A stretch of 53,742 nucleotides of DNA from an uncultured bacterium (lineage in GTDB: Bacteria > Actinomycetota > Actinomycetes > S36-B12): positions 1-53,742 of the forward strand of contig CAIZPS010000270.1 of NCBI GenBank assembly GCA_903934925.1, written 5' to 3'. Shown one piece after another: positions 51,384 to 53,742 of the stretch. Under the pieces are notes generated by a model. It did not search any database. It saw only the letters and a list, made by a program, of their open reading frames with translations, and was not told the DNA's origin. The stretch's first letter is position 1, and every line of letters begins with the position of its first letter. The translations under genes were made by a program, and so were the position numbers.

Positions 51384-52823
51384 TCAGGCGCTGGCGTCCT
51401 CGACGACACTTGTAGGAGCCTCGGTGGTGGTGTCGACCTGACCCGACCCGCTGCCGAGCGCCGACTTCTTCAGCCACTCCGCCCAGGGGATGTTCCAGAG
51501 CCCCCCGGGACCATTCCACTCCTGAACCGTCGTGCCACCTGTGTTGGCGTACACGACGACGTCACCGGGAATCGTCTTCTGGTAGATCCACTGGGCGTCT
51601 TCCGCGCGCATGTTGGTGCAGCCGTGGGAGCCGTTGTAGATGCCGATCCGACCGTAGGCCCACGTCGCCGTGTGGATGAATTCACCCGTCGGGGTCAGCC
51701 TCGTGTTCCAGTCGGCCTCGAGCTCGTACTCCTCCTCCGGTCCCAGGCCCAGTGAGGTGCTGCGGTAGATCTTCACCGGCTCCTTGTCGGTGCTGATCAC
51801 CTTGACCCCGTTGCGGGTTTCCCAGCCGGATTTGCCCAGGGACACCGGGAAGGTCGCAGCCCGCTGGCCATCGATGAAGACCCGCATGTTGACGCGCGCC
51901 CCGTCGACCTGGGCAATCAGCTTGCGATCCGTGCGAAACGTCCATGTCTGAGCAAGGTCGCGCTTGCCGACGAGGTACGTGCTGCCGGACCTTCCGAGCA
52001 CCGCGCGATCCATCGTCGAGGTGACGAGGACGGTCGCGTGTCCGGGCCAGTACTCCTTGGGACGGAAGACCACCGTACGGTCACTGGTCCATCCCCATGC
52101 GCCGTCGACCTTGCGTACCTTGCCGTCCGCCAGCACGGCCGACACGCCCAGGTGAGTCTCGACGACTCTCTTGTCTGGGATGGGCCGCGTGAACGTGATC
52201 GCCGGGAGGGTTCCCACGCCGAGGCGGACCTTTGATCCGTCAACGCCCAGACTGTTGCTTGCCGCATTGAACGACGCCCCAACCCATGCTCGCGGCTTCG
52301 GCAGTGACGATGGCTTGTCGGGATCTGAGCCCATGGGAAGGGTCGGCACCCCGGCAGCGGGCTCGGTAACCACGCCAGCACCCAGGGCGTTCACGGCGCG
52401 CAGGGCGACCCGGTATTGCGTGCCGTTGCGGAGATTGGTGAGGACGCACTCTCCAGACGTGCCCGCGCAGGGCCACCAGACCGCGCCGCGATCGATGGAG
52501 GCCTCGTACGAGGTGATCGGAGATCCACCGTCGGAGGAGGGCGCTGAGTACGTCACCACCAGTTGCCCGCTGGCCAGGCCGCCGCGCACATTGAGGATGG
52601 TTGGAGCCCCCGGGGTCGAACCCGGTGTCACGTCCGACGAAGACGCAGACGAAGACGCAGATGAAGATGAAGACGACGGCGTGGGATCGGCAGCCCCGGC
52701 GGGCGCGAGCCCGGCCCCGAGTGTGGCGGCAGCCACGACCGCGCCTGCGCCGAGCAGGGCGATCAGGCGACGCGCGAGAAACCCCCGTGGGCTCGCGTCG
52801 GGAAGACCGGGAAGAGGACGCAC
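51384..52823 (-). CDS. L,D-transpeptidase (YkuD domain) with Ser-rich linker and fibronectin type III-like domain
   Basis: The catalytic motif is FIHTATWAYGRIGIYNGSHGCTNM. The FN3-like segment is LVVTYSAPSSDGGSPITSYEASID...NGTQYRVALRAVNALG. The start is uncertain (GTG 52823 or TTG 52859), and the longest ORF would overlap the upstream SDR gene. Confidence 0.75.
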   Translation of the reverse strand: MRPLPGLPDASPRGFLARRLIALLGAGAVVAAATLGAGLAPAGAADPTPSSSSSSASSSASSSDVTPGSTPGAPTILNVRGGLASGQLVVTYSAPSSDGGSPITSYEASIDRGAVWWPCAGTSGECVLTNLRNGTQYRVALRAVNALGAGVVTEPAAGVPTLPMGSDPDKPSSLPKPRAWVGASFNAASNSLGVDGSKVRLGVGTLPAITFTRPIPDKRVVETHLGVSAVLADGKVRKVDGAWGWTSDRTVVFRPKEYWPGHATVLVTSTMDRAVLGRSGSTYLVGKRDLAQTWTFRTDRKLIAQVDGARVNMRVFIDGQRAATFPVSLGKSGWETRNGVKVISTDKEPVKIYRSTSLGLGPEEEYELEADWNTRLTPTGEFIHTATWAYGRIGIYNGSHGCTNMRAEDAQWIYQKTIPGDVVVYANTGGTTVQEWNGPGGLWNIPWAEWLKKSALGSGSGQVDTTTEAPTSVVEDASA

Positions 52824-52917
52824 CTTCGCATGGTAAGCGGCGACCCCGAACGCACCCAAACCGGACGCGCCCGAGGACCAGTCAGTGCCAGGACTCCAGC
52901 ACCCGACCTCGATCCGA

Positions 52918-53682
52918 TCACCAGGGGACGACCTGCCGGTCCTCCCAGAGCAGTCCCGTGGGCACGGGCTGCCCGTCCGGCCCGGTCGCGTGGCGGGTCG
53001 CCAGCCAGATGATCGTCTCCGCCCCTTCCTCGGCGGACCTGGGTGCATCCGGGCCACCCATGTCGGTGCGGCAGTGGTTGGGGCACATGGCGTCCACGAG
53101 AACGCCTCGCCTGCCTTGCAGCAACTCGGCCGCAAGGTTCTTCACGAGGGCGTTGAGTCCCGCCTTGCTCACCCGGTACGGAGCCAGCCCTCCCGACGTG
53201 CCCGGGCCGGAGAAGCGCCCCAGACACGCGGAGACCGCGATCACCCGACCCTGGCGCCGCTCCACCATCCCCGGGACGAAGGCCGAGATGGGCAGGAACG
53301 CTCCGTCGAGGTTCGTCCGAAGAACATCGCTCCACTCGACAGCGTCCGTACGCAGCGTCTTGGACGCACGTGAGCTCATGACCCCCGCGGACAGGACGAG
53401 GACATCGACGGCAGACAGCGGTCCCAGTCGCTGCACAAGAGATCCCACCTGGTCCGGATCGCCCACATCGCAGCCGAAGCCGACGGCGTCGATCCCCTCC
53501 TCGCAGAGCCCAGTCGCGGCAGTCACCGCTCGTTCCGGATCACGCCCGACGATCACGACCGTCGCCCCGCGGTGACCCAGATCACGTGCCGCAGCCAGGC
53601 CTATCCCGCGCGAGCCGCCCGTGACCAGAGCCACGCGTCCATCCATGTCATTCCCCACGTGAGGATCACTGCTGTGGACCAT
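52918..53682 (-). CDS. short-chain dehydrogenase/reductase (SDR family)
   Basis: Has VALVTGGSRGIG, LSAGVM, and the catalytic YRVSKAG. The alternative start is ATG 53646. Confidence 0.82.
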   Translation of the reverse strand: MVHSSDPHVGNDMDGRVALVTGGSRGIGLAAARDLGHRGATVVIVGRDPERAVTAATGLCEEGIDAVGFGCDVGDPDQVGSLVQRLGPLSAVDVLVLSAGVMSSRASKTLRTDAVEWSDVLRTNLDGAFLPISAFVPGMVERRQGRVIAVSACLGRFSGPGTSGGLAPYRVSKAGLNALVKNLAAELLQGRRGVLVDAMCPNHCRTDMGGPDAPRSAEEGAETIIWLATRHATGPDGQPVPTGLLWEDRQVVPW

Positions 53683-53742
53683 GGCGCCAGCATCCCTCCT
53701 GCGCAAAGGGCCCGCACCTCGTGGACGGACCGCCACTCGCGC

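Noticed and set aside
52824-53135. Longest L,D-transpeptidase ORF start (53135) overlapping the SDR gene by more than 200 nt
   Set aside because: The overlapping part has no signal-peptide or domain features, whereas the SDR frame carries clear motifs. A start downstream of the SDR stop, which yields an Arg-rich n-region plus a hydrophobic anchor, is more plausible.

Overview
High-GC (roughly two-thirds G+C by eye) actinobacterial chromosomal core region with no CRISPR arrays, rRNA genes or mobile elements. Gene order follows the conserved actinobacterial block argS-lysA-hom-thrC-thrB-rho-rpmE-prfA-prmC-sua5-wecA-atpBEFHAGDC-(PduO-type adenosyltransferase)-murA-nucS, all on the minus strand. 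aqpZ and glyA are extra insertions in that block. The left flank (127-7915) carries acyl-CoA metabolism genes: meaB, methylmalonyl-CoA epimerase, crotonyl-CoA carboxylase/reductase, and a tandem-duplicated 3-hydroxyacyl-CoA dehydrogenase. The right half carries cspA, tRNA-Arg(CCG), a queuosine salvage pair (yhhQ/tgt), and cell-envelope genes (lytic transglycosylase, FN3-containing L,D-transpeptidase, membrane alpha/beta hydrolase). It also holds the clearest accessory system, a translationally coupled oleA-oleBC(fusion)-oleD olefin/beta-lactone cluster at 39581-44111. I found no convincingly new multi-gene system. The observations most worth a second look are: (1) a 44-bp tandem repeat that triplicates the SD-plus-start-codon module between oleA and a secreted peptidase; (2) a 1-nt homopolymer frameshift splitting the essential argS; (3) a perfect 27-bp inverted repeat between argS and lysA; (4) perfect in-frame 18-bp tandem repeats in rho; (5) a membrane-anchored Lys/Ala/Pro repeat protein downstream of a GTPase-DUF697 gene; (6) a tRNA whose 3' end abuts the yhhQ start codon. 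All functional calls come from reading the translated ORFs for motifs, not from database searches.
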